The notes below the pieces were generated by a model, which worked only from the letters and a program-made list of their open reading frames with translations, did no database searches and had not been told where the DNA came from. The translations under genes and the position numbers were made by a program. Shown here one piece after another: positions 41,444 to 53,159 of a stretch of 64,000 bases of DNA (positions within the stretch are counted from its first letter, which is position 1; each line of letters begins with the position of its first letter). The DNA is from Somniosus microcephalus (lineage: Eukaryota), in contig CM126212.1 in the NCBI GenBank assembly GCA_052327205.1, forward strand, positions 201,004,001 through 201,068,000, read 5' to 3'.

Positions 41444-41900
41444 GGTGTCGGCATTGGTTAAGTAGTAACACTCTTGCCTCTGAATTGGAAGTTCTAAACC
41501 CTAGTCCAGAGATTTGAGCACATAATGTAGGCTTACACTTAAGTGCAGTACTGTGGGAATGCTGCACTGTCAGAGGTGCTATATTTTGGATAAGACATTA
41601 AACTTAGCCCCCATCTGTCCTTCTGGTGAATGTACAATATGCCACAGCACTATTAGAAAAAGAGCAGGGGAGTTTTTCCAACATCTTGGCCAACATTTAT
41701 TCCTTAACCAACATCACAAAAACAGATTATCTGGTCATTTATCTCATTGCTGGTTGTGGGACATTGCTGTGCACAAATTGGCTGCAACATTTGCATAGAT
41801 TACAACAGTGGCAACATTTCAAAAGCACTTCAGAGTTCTGTAGCACTTTGCAACACCCTGAGAACATGAATGGGACTAAAGGCAAATGCTTTCTTTCTTG
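41444..41900 (+). mobile_element. SacSINE1-like SINE, diverged
   Basis: Retains CACTCTTGCCTCTGA, GATTTGAGCACATAATGTAGGCT and ACAGATTATCTGGTCATT blocks. Confidence 0.8.
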
Positions 41901-44829
41901 TCCTTATTTGTCTCTCAGCATCCAGTTCAAGAGCAGCGTTGTTAGAAATATGGGAGAAAGTCAGAGTTAGCCATAGTTGCTGAAAACAAAGTTAAGGAAT
42001 GTGGTAAACTAAAGAAATGTGTTACCATTGGTATCTCAGCATCATTTCTCAAAAGCTACGTTCGCACTGGCATTTGTTTAGTTCGGAATCTGGGAGATCA
42101 ACATCCGTGAGCCTGCTCTTATAAATTATATTACTAAATCAAGCTGGCCACATCATCCAGTTTCTCTTGGATCTATGGTTGTGTTGCTGGGATAAAACAG
42201 TCAGATTTACTTGTATAAATTCAAGGATGAATCACATAGACATCAGTCCTTTGGAATTCAAACTAAGTGACTTTCTCCAGAATCTCATTAACAAAGTTTT
42301 AACTGGCCTTAGTAATATATCATTTTTAAAAATTGGATTTCTGGTTTGTTGTGGAAAATATCAAACCTCAACACAAGCTTGTGAATACCAAATAGCTCAG
42401 TAAATGTTTTTTTTAAATGTGATGACTTTCACTCTCTATTGGGCAGAGAACAAGTACAAGTGCAGAAAAAGAAAACAAAACCTATCTGTTTCAGCTTATC
42501 TCCCAGATTTCCTTCAATTTAATATCCATCGCTTCCCTCACTGTTGTAAACAGAAAACAGCTCGTAACGAGAGCCCCAGGGATGGAACTTCTATGGCCAG
42601 ACAATGATTAGGGGACAAGAAGATAAAGATATAGTTCAAGTTAAAACTTCACTTGCAGATTGCTGAACCAGTAAACAAAGGCCTACTGTCAATCAAGGCG
42701 ATCTCTAGGCAACATGTGAATGAGATGGACAAAAAGTTACCTGACTCACAGTCACATGGTCTTGGAAATCATCGCAAACATCTGTTTACAGATACTATTT
42801 GGTATTCATCACTAAAGTATTTTAAACTTTAAAAGCTCTATATTTGGAGAAGGATAAAGGATCAGTAAGTCTGTTGAAATCATACATTAGAAATGACATA
42901 CTGACTCGCCTCCAATTGTCTTTGTTTTGCAGCACTGGCAAACTCTGACAACTGACAAGGTTGAAGTAAGACCCCATGATATTTATTTATTTGCTAATAT
43001 CATTGGCAGACATTGAGGGAATAGGTAATTCATCTTTTGAATATGCATTTTTTCAGTACATAAAATGTGCTTCTCCACCTCCTTTTTAAAATATGTTTGT
43101 TTTTACCCCTCTCTTTAGGGCTCCTTTTCTCTTATTATATCTGCTCTTGTGAGGCTAATCTGGTGTCATTGTTCCTCTCTGTGGAGATGCAGCTGCTCTC
43201 GAATCACTGCCTCACCTGACATTATAACTGAGACTGAAATGCAGAGAATTGTGTTGGAGACCTATGTTGTACAGTGTGGCAGACTACTCCCCACTCCTTT
43301 GTTCACAGAATGTCAGCAACATTAATGTGGCATAAATTTTAATAGATGAGTTATACAGTAATGGAACACTTTTGATTTCATAGTGTTCTTGGAATTAAAA
43401 GAAATGTGTTTTTTTTTTAACTTTTAAATTGATGCATAAATATTACTGCAGTTCTCAAAATCTTCACCAAAATAGTCCAAAATAGGATTGTAAAAGACAT
43501 TTGTCACAGTGCCAATTTATTTTCTGTAATGTGGCAGTAACCCTGTAACCATTTAGTCCTTCCCCGAGAGATGACAGAAGAAAATCTGGAGTGTGCAGTT
43601 TACCATCTTTGGGTTAGTGTGTTGCTGACAAACTGACATTGGGGTAAATGTTCATCCTCAGTGCACAGGGAGCACATTTGAGAATCCAGATGCATACACC
43701 CAAAGGTTTTCTGTCCATTAAAATTGGGGGGGCGGGGGGGGGGGGCGGGTGGCAGAGAATCATGGTGGCCCATGCATGGATTCCTGATATGTACTCCCAG
43801 TAAATAGCTGAGTGCTGATGAAGAGCACGTACATTATAAGCCTAGTGAGAAAATTGAATCTGATTGCTATTTCTAGAAAAATCATGAAAGCATTCTTTTA
43901 CAATATGTTTATGATTTCACTAGAAACAGTGATCAGAGGAAATCTTCCCGTTATAATTTTGATGTCACTGACACAAGGTAAGATTTCTTCTCTTTGATTT
44001 GCACACAGATTTCCACACTAAACAAGTTACAACTGCCTTAGGATTAGGAAAATGTTTTCTGTCTTAAGCTATCAGTGTTTTCAGTGTTTGCATGAAGGAT
44101 GTTGTAGGTAGGCTGTTGATAATTGAAATTAATGTGAAAGGCAAAAATGTAAAAAAGTAGAATCTAGTTGGTAACAATTATCAGAGTAATTAAAAATGGC
44201 AAAAAAATTAAAGGGCCTACTTTTCTGACCTTTGTCCCTAGGGATTTCCAATTTCTCTAAGTGCAAAGGTCAGGAAAAAGGGGTAAAGACCTGATTCATT
44301 GAGTCTCCTCCCTGTTACATTGCCATGGGATAACTGGAGCTTCTCTGCGGGCGGGGAGGGGGTGCTATAGCTGATGCAGGCCCATTACTCTGGCGCACTG
44401 TCTACCCTGGGAACTATCTTGGATGGTGACTGTGTGCTGGTCCTGGGGCAGTATAGGCAGAACAGAAAACTGATTTTACACTTCCTCCCAGGATGTTTGA
44501 ATGCAATCATAGCCTTCTAGCTGCTTGTCTCCATCAGTAGCCAAAAGGCCACAATCTTGATGTCCTGATGTGTTTAAATGTGTGCTGTTTTTTAGATCTA
44601 AGGCCCAGCCATGTTGATGGCTCAGGACAGGAAATAGCAGTGCCCCTCATCCTGGACAGGTACAGTACACTTTGGGTGCATTGCTTTGTCCAGTGTCGGG
44701 GTGGGGGGAGGAAAATTTCAGGTTATCGCTTATGTTATTTGCCATTAGAGCAAGGACAACATTGATTTTTGCTGCAGTCATTATGAACTGCACCTAATTG
44801 TAACCTACAGTTCTCAATAACAGATTGTT

Positions 44830-45047
44830 CACAGAAATCACAGAAATCACAGAAACCTCACAGTGCAGATAGAGGCCATTTCGGCCCATCGAGCCTGCAC
44901 CGACACATATCCCACCCGATCCCTGTAACCCCTACCCCACCCTATCCCCATAACCCCACGTATTTAATCCCCCTAACACTAAGGGTCAATTTTATCATCG
45001 CCAATCAACCTAACCCGCACATCTTTGGACTGTGGGAGGAAACCGGA
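44830..45047 (-). mobile_element. V-SINE (HE1-like) 3' half with CR1-type tail
   Basis: Reverse complement contains the V-domain TCCGGTTTCCTCCCACAGTCCAAAGATGTGCGGGTTAGGTTGATTGG and ends in (TTTCTGTGA)n. Confidence 0.82.
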
Positions 45048-45442
45048 AAAATCTGTTATTTAAGATATATTCTTCTCTACATACACACACTTTTTCTCAT
45101 TCCCCTGTCTCACTATTGTGTGCAATTTCCATGTTTACTCTTTTAGCTGGAAGGACAGGAGAATCTTGGCTGGAGAAGTCTTTGGAGCCTTATTCCCCAC
45201 TTTCTTGCATTGCTCCACCTTGTGGTTTGCTTCAGAAATGACAAAATCTATCCAGTTAGGAACATTTTCATTCAAGGCCATGATTCAAGTTCATGACAAA
45301 ATGCTCCAGCTGGGTTTCCAACTCTTTACTTTAACTACAAGGCTACCCACTGCTGCATTTTAAGAAATTGTTCATGAATTTTAAAGGACTTTAAAAATCT
45401 CTATTGATTATGAATGTTTAGTTAATATTTTCTCCAATTACA

Positions 45443-46292
45443 TATTGGAAAGACCGAAGCCATTGTTTTCTGTCCCTGCCACAAACTCTGTCCTCTAGCC
45501 ATTGACTCCATCCCTCTCCCTAACATCTGTCTGAGGCTGAACCAGACTGTTCACAACCTTGGTGACATATTTGACCTTGAAATGAGCTTCCGACCATATA
45601 TCCGCAACGTAACTAAGACCACCTATTTCCACCTCCATAACATCGCCCGTTTCCGCCCTTGCTTCAGTTCATCTGCTGCTGAAACCCTCATCCATGCCTT
45701 TGTTACCTCTAGACTTGACTATTCCAACGCACTCCTGGCTGGCCTACCACGTTCTACCCTATGTAAACTTGAAGTCATCCAAAACTCGGCTGCCCATGTC
45801 CTAACACGCACCAACTCCCGTTCAACTATCACCCCTGTGCTCGCTGATCTACATTGGCTCCCGGTTAAGCAACACCTGGATTTCAAAATTCTCATCCTTG
45901 TTTTCAAATCCCTCCATGGCCTTGCCCCTCCCTATCTCTGTAATCTCCTCCAGCCCCACAACCCTCCGAGATATCTGCGTTCCTCTAATTCTGCCCTCTT
46001 GAGTATCCCTGATTATAATCGCTCAACCATTGGTGGCCGTGCTTTCTGATGCCTAGGCCCTAAGCTCTGGAATTCCCTGCCTAAACCTCTCCACCTCTCT
46101 ACCTCTCTTTCCTCCTTTAAGACGCTCCTTAAAACCTACCTCTTTGACCAAGCTTGTGGTCACCTGCCCTAATTTCCCCTTATATGGCTCGGTGTCAGAT
46201 TTTTTGTCTTATAATATTCCTGTGAAGTGCCTTGGGACGTTTTACTATGTTAAAGGTGCTATATAAATACAAACTGTTGTTGTTGTGGTTGT
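45443..46292 (+). mobile_element. L2 LINE 3' portion
   Basis: ORF 45582-46049 reads AETLIHAFVTSRLDYSNALLAGLP...LHWLPV...FKIL, the typical L2 ORF2 C-terminus. (GTT)n tail. Confidence 0.92.
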
Positions 46293-46419
46293 AATACACT
46301 CTAAGAACAAAGCAGTGGTATTTAATACACAGCTATTTTGTTAATTAACTTTTGAGACCTTTGTTTAACAAATGCTTCTCCTAAAAAATGAATGTCTCTT
46401 TTGATGTGGAGAGTGGATG

Positions 46420-46720
46420 GGTGGGAGAGGAGAGGAGCTCCGAGGCAGGGGGAGAGAGGAGCTCGGAGGAAGGAGAGAGAGGAGCTCGCAGGGACGGTGG
46501 GAGGGGGGGGAGGTCAGGAACTCGGTGGGGGAGAAGGTCAGGAACTTTGGGAGAGAAAGTCAGGAACTTGGCGGGGGGAGGTCAGGAGCTTGGGGGAGGG
46601 GAGGTCAGGAGCACGGGGGAGGGAGAAGGTCAGGAACTCGGGAGAGAAGATCAGGAACTCGGGGAGAGAAGGTCAGGAACTCAGTCGGGGGTAAGGTCAG
46701 GAACTTGGGGGGTGGGGTGG
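46420..46720. repeat. Purine-rich degenerate tandem repeat (about 21-24 bp unit)
   Basis: About 9 copies of AGGTCAGGAACTCGGGGGAGA-like units from 46511 to 46715, preceded by GAGGAGCTC repeats. Confidence 0.85.
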
Positions 46721-46816
46721 TTAGAGCATGGAGGAAGCACGTGACCCAGATCTGAAGGGGGGATGAAAGCGAGAACGTGATCCAGATGGGAAGACAGATC
46801 AGGTTCACCCTCTCTG

Positions 46817-46935
46817 TTAGACGTGGATCACATTCTTCCAACTGGATGAATTAGTGAATCCCTTCTCACACACGGGGCAGGTGAACAACCTCTCCCCAGT
46901 GTGAACTCGCTGGTGTGTTAGAAGGTTGGATACAC
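46817..46935 (-). pseudogene. Isolated C2H2 zinc-finger fragment
   Basis: [29 protein letters not shown] contains an HTGERxF linker and a CxxC, but the second finger lacks its histidines and there is no gene context. Confidence 0.7.
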
Positions 46936-47242
46936 ACACGAACCCCACACACACGGTCCCTTCATTTAGAGTTAAAGAATTTTTAGCATTTCTAGAAGGA
47001 AAAAAACCCATCAAACTCCAAAGAATTAACTAACTCACAAATTAGAGTATAAAGTCTTTCATTTTACCAGCCAAGGACAACGATAATTACAATTGCAGAA
47101 TACTAGATAACAGGATCTTCACAGAGCTAACTATACTTCCACTTTCTGTAGGCTCACTGGCAAGACTGGATCAAATTATACATTGCAGGGTTGTCTACAG
47201 CAGGCAGGATCAAATTACACATTCCAGACAACTGTTGGGTGT

Positions 47243-47450
47243 CCTCTTTTTTTTAAACCCAAAAAAGACCCTTAAACAAATAAACCCTTTAAATAAACCC
47301 GATAAATCAAATTAAAATTTGGCCCCTTAAATCGATTACGCACTCCAGACCCCGCGGCACCCACCGGTCACGAAAGAGCTCGAGCTCGCCGGCGGACACC
47401 GCGTGCTCCATCTCCAGGGCCACCCGGCCGCGAACATGGCCGCGGAAGAG
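47243..47450 (-). mobile_element. Tx1/L1-clade LINE 3' stub with 14-bp TSD
   Basis: Encodes LFRGHVRGRVALEMEHAVSAGELELFRDRWVPRGLECVID. A-rich tail. Flanked by CAACTGTTGGGTGT at 47229-47242 and 47451-47464. Confidence 0.85.
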
Positions 47451-48237
47451 CAACTGTTGGGTGTGACTTGTCCTCCAAGAGGACCAATCAGAAATCTGGT
47501 GCTGCAAATAGGCACAGCCATAAACATGGCAGTGGACTCAAACCCGCCCTTTTGCTGTTCGGAGAGTTAGGTTAAAATCACCTCCTCACTATTCAGTTCA
47601 GACATGAAGAATGGCTACTTGGGAAAGGTATTGAAGAACTGCTTTGCCTGTTGAACCAAGCACAATTATGAGTCGCTGGCTTTAGGAAAGCAGAGAAGAA
47701 AAGGGAGAAAAAATAGTGAAAAAAGAAAACCCTGAATTAATATAAAATAAATTAATTAATCAACCCTGACTGGTTAGCTTCCAGAAATAACATTACCATG
47801 TTTCCACACGCTCTGTTTGGAAACTGGGATCTATCAAATGTGAGGTCCTAATGAAACATGGAATTTGTTGTTATTGATCTTAAGAAAGAACTGGAGATCT
47901 ATTTGATGCATTTAGTTACATTATAATCTTTATTGTGATATGGTAGCAACCTCTGGTATAGTGTCCAGAACACTTATTTAACAGTTTCAGTGAAATGTGT
48001 GAATTTTATTTGTTTTACCTTACAGAGCACAATACAAATTAAGGCAATTTTTTAAGTGGTGAAGGAGTTCAAAATGAAAAGAACAGAACCTTGTATTTAT
48101 AACTTTCATGACATGTTGAGTGGACCTAATATTGATTGTGAGACAACTTGATCAAGTATCAGGGGCTGTAATCAGCAGTCAAATAGGAAAGGCATGATTT
48201 ATATCTAATTTGCACCAATCATTAACTAATTTAAAGT

Positions 48238-49356
48238 TAGAATCATAGAATGATGCCACACAGCAGGAAGCCATTCAGCCTATCATGTCTGTGCCAGCTC
48301 CTTGAAAGAGCTATCCAATTAGTCCCAATCCCCGGCTCTTTCCCCATAGCCCAGCAATTTTTTTCCCTTTCAAGTATATATCCAATTCCCTTTTAAATGT
48401 TATTATTGAATCTGCTTCCACCACCCTTTCAGGCAGCACATTCTAGATCACAACAACTTGCTGCATACATTTTTTCCCCCTCATATCGCCTCTGGTTCTT
48501 TTGCCAATCCTTAAATCTGTGTGCTTTGGTTACCCTGCTGCCACTAGAAACAGTTTCTCTTTATTTACTCTATCAAAACCCTTCGAGATTTTGAATACCT
48601 CCATCAAACCTCCTCTTAACCTTCTCTGCTCTAAGGAGAACAACCCCAGTTTCTCTAGTCTCTCCACGTAACTGAAGTTGTTCATCCTTGGTATCATTCT
48701 AGTAAATCTCCTCTGCACCCTCCAGGCAAGTTTATATTGCCTCTCCTCATTCTTCCAACCAAAATGAATCACTTCACACTTCCCTGCATTATATTTCATC
48801 TACCATGTTTCTGCCCATTTCACCAGTCTGTCTATATGCTACTGAAATTTGTTACTATCCTCCTCACTGTTTATTGCATTTCCGATTTTTGTGTCATCTG
48901 CAGACTTTGAAATCATGGTCTGTATACCCAAGTCCATATCATTAATATATATCAAAAAAAGCAGTAGTCTCCTGGGAGACACCACTGCACAGTTCCCTCC
49001 AGTTTGAAAAACAACCATTCACAACTACTCTCTGCTTTCTGTCCCTTAGCCAATTTTGTATCCATGCAGCCACTGCCCCTTTAATCCCATGTGTTTCAAT
49101 TTTTCTGTCAAGTCTATTATGTGGTACTTTATCAAATGCCTTTTGAAAGTCCATATATACATCAACCACACTACCCTCATCAACCCTCTCTGTTACTTCA
49201 TCAAAGAACTCAATCAAGTTAGTCAAACATAATTTTCCTTTAACAAATCCATGTTGACTTTCATTTATTAACCCATATTTTTCCAAGTGCCAATTAATTT
49301 TGTCCTGGATTAATGTCTCTAAAAGTTTCCCACTGCCAACGTTAGACTGATTGGCC
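48238..49356 (-). mobile_element. CR1 LINE, truncated with internal deletions
   Basis: QHGFVKGKLCLTNLIEFF, YMDFQKAFDKVPH and VQRRFTRMIP motifs. TTCTATGATTCTA tail. Confidence 0.9.
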
Positions 49357-49706
49357 AGTTTTTCTCTTTTTGAGAAGGTGGTAACTATTTAAAATTTTAT
49401 AATTTTGTACGAGTAATCAGCAAATCTGATAACTAGCTTGCCTCTAAGGTCACATGGCATAATTCTCCATTGTGACTGGGTAATGGCCAATGTGAGGTTT
49501 ATTGACCAAAGGCAGAGGCATGCCTTTGAGAGTGCCCTGTGCATGCGTAATAGGTGAGAATTCCCAGGGTCTAAAACATTTAAATTAATTTCAGGTAGCT
49601 TTAAAAATTGACTGGGGTTTGGGGTGGGGACGGATGACATATCACATATCCCCTGAGTACTTTGTAAATCAAGTTTGACACCATACTGGATTTACACTCT
49701 GTGCTA

Positions 49707-49922
49707 CCTGCCTCTCTTCCGCGCCACATTCACGCCCAGGTGGCCCTGGAGATGGAGCACGCGGTGTCTGCTGGCATGCTTGAGGCCTTCCACGACTGGT
49801 GGGTACCGCAGGGACTGGAGTGCATCATCACCCCGGCCAACCAAATTTTAATTTAATTCGTTAAGTTTTATTTAATGGTTTTTAAAGTTAGCGTTTATTT
49901 GTTTATGGTCCATACAAAAGAG
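49707..49922 (+). mobile_element. Tx1/L1-clade LINE 3' stub with 14-bp TSD
   Basis: Homologous to 47243-47450 (GTGGCCCTGGAGATGGAGCACGCGGTGTC). Flanked by TACACTCTGTGCTA at 49693-49706 and TACACTCTATGCTA at 49923-49936. Confidence 0.82.
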
Positions 49923-50688
49923 TACACTCTATGCTATTGTCAAACTCAAGTGGTGTGACACTTCCTCCTCCAGAGTCAAGGCTCACCTGATTCCAGATTT
50001 AAATTGCAAGTTTAGCATTGGTGCAAAGTGGAAATTGTTTTGTACCAATCTAAATTTACAGCATAAATACATCACAAGTATGCATTTGTATTGCATCACA
50101 AAGCTTCAGCTCTGTTCTGGTTACCTGGTATTTCCACTTTTTTAGATTGCTTCTGTACATTGTCTTCACATTCCCTTTACAGTGCCGAGACCAGTAGTAG
50201 CAGTTTGCGTTCCAGCCACTCAAAGCCCTGCTTAGCTTCTGTCTGGATGGAACATTAAATGACCTGATTGAGAGTTCTGTGCATGCCTGAATACGGGATA
50301 CGTGCATGGGCAGAGCTATCTCCTAAAAGTTAGACATTTAAATATTTAGAGAACAGGGCAGAGAGAATATTTGTTTTATAAACATCTAAATTAAGGTCAG
50401 GTAAGTTTACAAACTATCCAGGAAATAGACCCCAAGCATTTTGCTTAAGATGTGGTGCTGCACTGGACTTACACGCCATGCAGAGTCCAACCAAATCAGT
50501 GTGAAATTATTCACACCTCCGAGCAGTCTCACTCGAGTCAGGTCCGCTAGACTCTGGATTTACACTGTCAGTTTAGTGTCTGTGAAAATACCCTGAAAAT
50601 GAGCCTATTGTCACTCCTAGGTCCCTTTACAAAGTTCCCTGCTAATTCTATTCCCTTCAATTATATACCTATGGTGTTCATTCTTTCT

Positions 50689-50886
50689 CCCAATATGTCC
50701 AGTACTCTGCATTTGTCAGCATGAAATGTGATTTGCTATTTGTATAACTGATACATTTGGCAAACGTTAACTGCATCTTCCTAATTCCCAGTATGTCCAG
50801 TACTCTGCATTTGTCAAGATGAAATGTAATTTGCTATTTGTATAACTGATCCAAATTTGGCAAACGTTAACGGCATCCTCCTAATT
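50689..50886. repeat. Tandem duplication of about 98 bp (old CR1-like fragment)
   Basis: Two copies beginning CCCA(A/G)TATGTCCAGTACTCTGCATTTGTCA at 50689 and 50787. Confidence 0.9.
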
Positions 50887-50904
50887 TTAGTGGCTGATAC
50901 AAAT

Positions 50905-51560
50905 ATTGCGGGGTAGTTCTGATTTGCACAGAAACACCGCTTGCCTGTGCTCCAGGCAGGTCACTGTGTGAGAGTACTGCAGTTCCCGCGGTGCTGAGCC
51001 GCGCCCTCCGCCGTTGCCAGTGAGTGGAGCCAGCGCTTGGTCACGTGGCCCGAGCCGGCTCTCTGCCCCGAGCGCGGTGGGACCGGCTCCCAGAGCGAAG
51101 CTGCTGCCTATTGGGGCGCAGCTCCGGCCCTGCCACAACCAGTGAAAAGGGGGGCGGCGGCTGCTGTTGCGAGGCGACCAATCTCATTGGAATAACGGAG
51201 AGGGAGAAGCGAGAGTAGGAAGGTAGGCCGATGGCAAGGGGGGTGTGTTGCTGTCTGCAGGCTCGGTGCCATCGCCGGAGAGCGACGGCTCTCATCCTGT
51301 GCAGGCGCACTGCTGCCTGACTTGTACTCGGTGCGGCCCCCTTCACAGGACCGGCCTCCACAGCAAGGCCCGCCTGGCAGTCGCACGCCTTTGCTTTTGA
51401 ATGGGAGGCCTGGTGTGTGTGTGTTCATTCTTTCTTTCTGTCTGTCTGTTTTCATGTCGCTTGTACCTTTAAGGTCGACCTGAGTCGGTTGCCGCGTGTT
51501 CAAAACACTGACATTCGTGATTTCCCCCCCCACCTCCCCAGAGGTTCCGCCGCCAGACAC
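50905..51560 (+). promoter_or_regulatory. CpG island / promoter and probable non-coding first exon of a neighbouring gene
   Basis: GC/CpG-rich and not TE-like. GGTCACGTGG at 51039-51048, GGGGCGG at about 51151, CCAAT at 51178-51182, ATTGG at 51186-51190, and candidate donor GAAG|GTAGGC at about 51222. The strand is inferred from the donor. Confidence 0.65.
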
Positions 51561-52287
51561 AGACAGCTCTTTTGTTTTACTCGTTTAGTTCAATAAGTTG
51601 TGTGTGTTAACTTTTGTAGTTAAATAAGACGATGGTCGAGCTACTATGAGACAAATCTAGCTTTATTTTAAAATTTTATTTCCACGTTGCAGCTTTATCA
51701 GAAACCAATATTGCCGTGCAAGTTGGACCTTTTTGTGTTTATCTCTGAACAGGTGATGGTTTTTTGCTTATGGAAATGAGACACAAAACTGCACAATGGC
51801 TAGTTGTAAACACAGCTGCATTGTATGTATTAATGAAATATTTATAATGAGGAAACCTGAGAGGTCACTACTGTATTTCACGGGTATGTTAAAAGGTGCA
51901 TTACTCCAGTATTATATTTCAACTCTAAAAATAAACTTCCAGTTCCTTTAACTATTACTTCATGTAAAACTTAATTTAGCTGCTTGCTGCTATCCTGAAA
52001 TTGACTTCCAGTGACACACGTGAATGGCTGATTGATATAAAAGTAAATATATACAAGATAAACTGTATTGCTGTTATCTCTGCTATTGGAAGCTTGTTTT
52101 GTGAAATACTTCATGATTAAAAAGTTATCTGGTTGTTCATTAACAGTTTGACAGGAAACCCCAGGAAAACAATGAAAATTCAAGAGGGGAGGAAAAATAA
52201 CCTAAATAATAAATGTTCCTTTTAATCAATTGAAAAAATACTAATTTCCATTATTTCCCGGTGGGACATATAAACACAATGACCCCA

Positions 52288-52475
52288 CGGTCACTGGATG
52301 GGGATCAGAACTGGGAATCTTGGCTGGTTATTGTTTTTTCCACACCCTAGTCATGGATAATTGAAGATGGGTGTATCTGTGCCATTTGCCAGCTGAGATA
52401 AGGTAACTTACTTAGCACAACCAGAGATCAAAGGTAGAGATTCCTGATCTGTGTAGCTCAGCACCACACTGTGTG
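52288..52475 (-). mobile_element. Degenerate old SINE, same family as 5495-5705
   Basis: GGTCACTGGATGGGGATCAGAACTGGGAATC...AGCTGAGATAAG...TTAGCACAACCAGAGATCAAA...GCTCAGCACCACACTG. Confidence 0.5.
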
Positions 52476-52719
52476 CTTAAAATACATTTCAAAAAAAGTA
52501 AGGGCAGAGATCTGGAAGCTTGCTGCTGTATTTGGAGATTAGTCTTTTACATGCAGGTGCATGTGGACATTTGCAAAATTAAATGTTTCCAGTACAGTTA
52601 ACCTAAAAAAAAGTTAAGTCATCCTCTGTTGTGTAGTACATACACCACATCTCTTTTTTTCTGCTGCAGTCTTTATACAGTGATTTAAAAAAAAAGAAAA
52701 GTGGTTATTTCATTTACTT

Positions 52720-53007
52720 GATATCTGAGCTCCTCCAATTCTGGCCTCTTGCTCATCCCTGACTTTAATCGCTGCACCATTGGCTTCTGTGCCTTCTGTT
52801 GCCTAGGCCCTAAGCTCTGGAATTCCCTCCCTAAACCTCTCTGCCTCGCTATCTCTCTTTCCTCCTTTAAGATGCTCCTTAAAACCTACCTCACCTGCCC
52901 TAAAATCTCCTTACGTGGCTCCGTGTGAAATTTTCTTTGATAACGCTCCTGTGAAGCGCCTTGGGATGTTTTACTACATTAAAGGTGCTATATAAATGCA
53001 AGTTCTT
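52720..53007 (+). mobile_element. L2 LINE 3' end
   Basis: Collinear with 45970-46275 (GCCTAGGCCCTAAGCTCTGGAATTCCCT...CTCCTTAAAACCTACC). Confidence 0.88.
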
Positions 53008-53159
53008 GTGTGGGCTGTTGCAGGCATGTTTACTGTTTCAGCACTTCAGTTCATATAAGTCATCTCTTTTTTTCTCTTTGCTATTGTGTGCTCCATCCTG
53101 AAAATCTGCTTAGTTTTAATTTGGGATCGAGACTGCCACTGATTTCTAGTTAAAGTTAA

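Noticed and set aside
43640-44490. Additional very old MITE-like patches (also near 14500-14940, 35100-35720, 49390-49700 and 50400-50610)
   Set aside because: Suggestive ends and shared CTGGA(G/T)TTACAC-like motifs, but paired TIRs and boundaries could not be fixed by eye.
50887-51560. ORFs across the CpG island as coding exons
   Set aside because: Low-complexity GC-driven frames on both strands with no match to PTPDC1 N-termini as I recall them.
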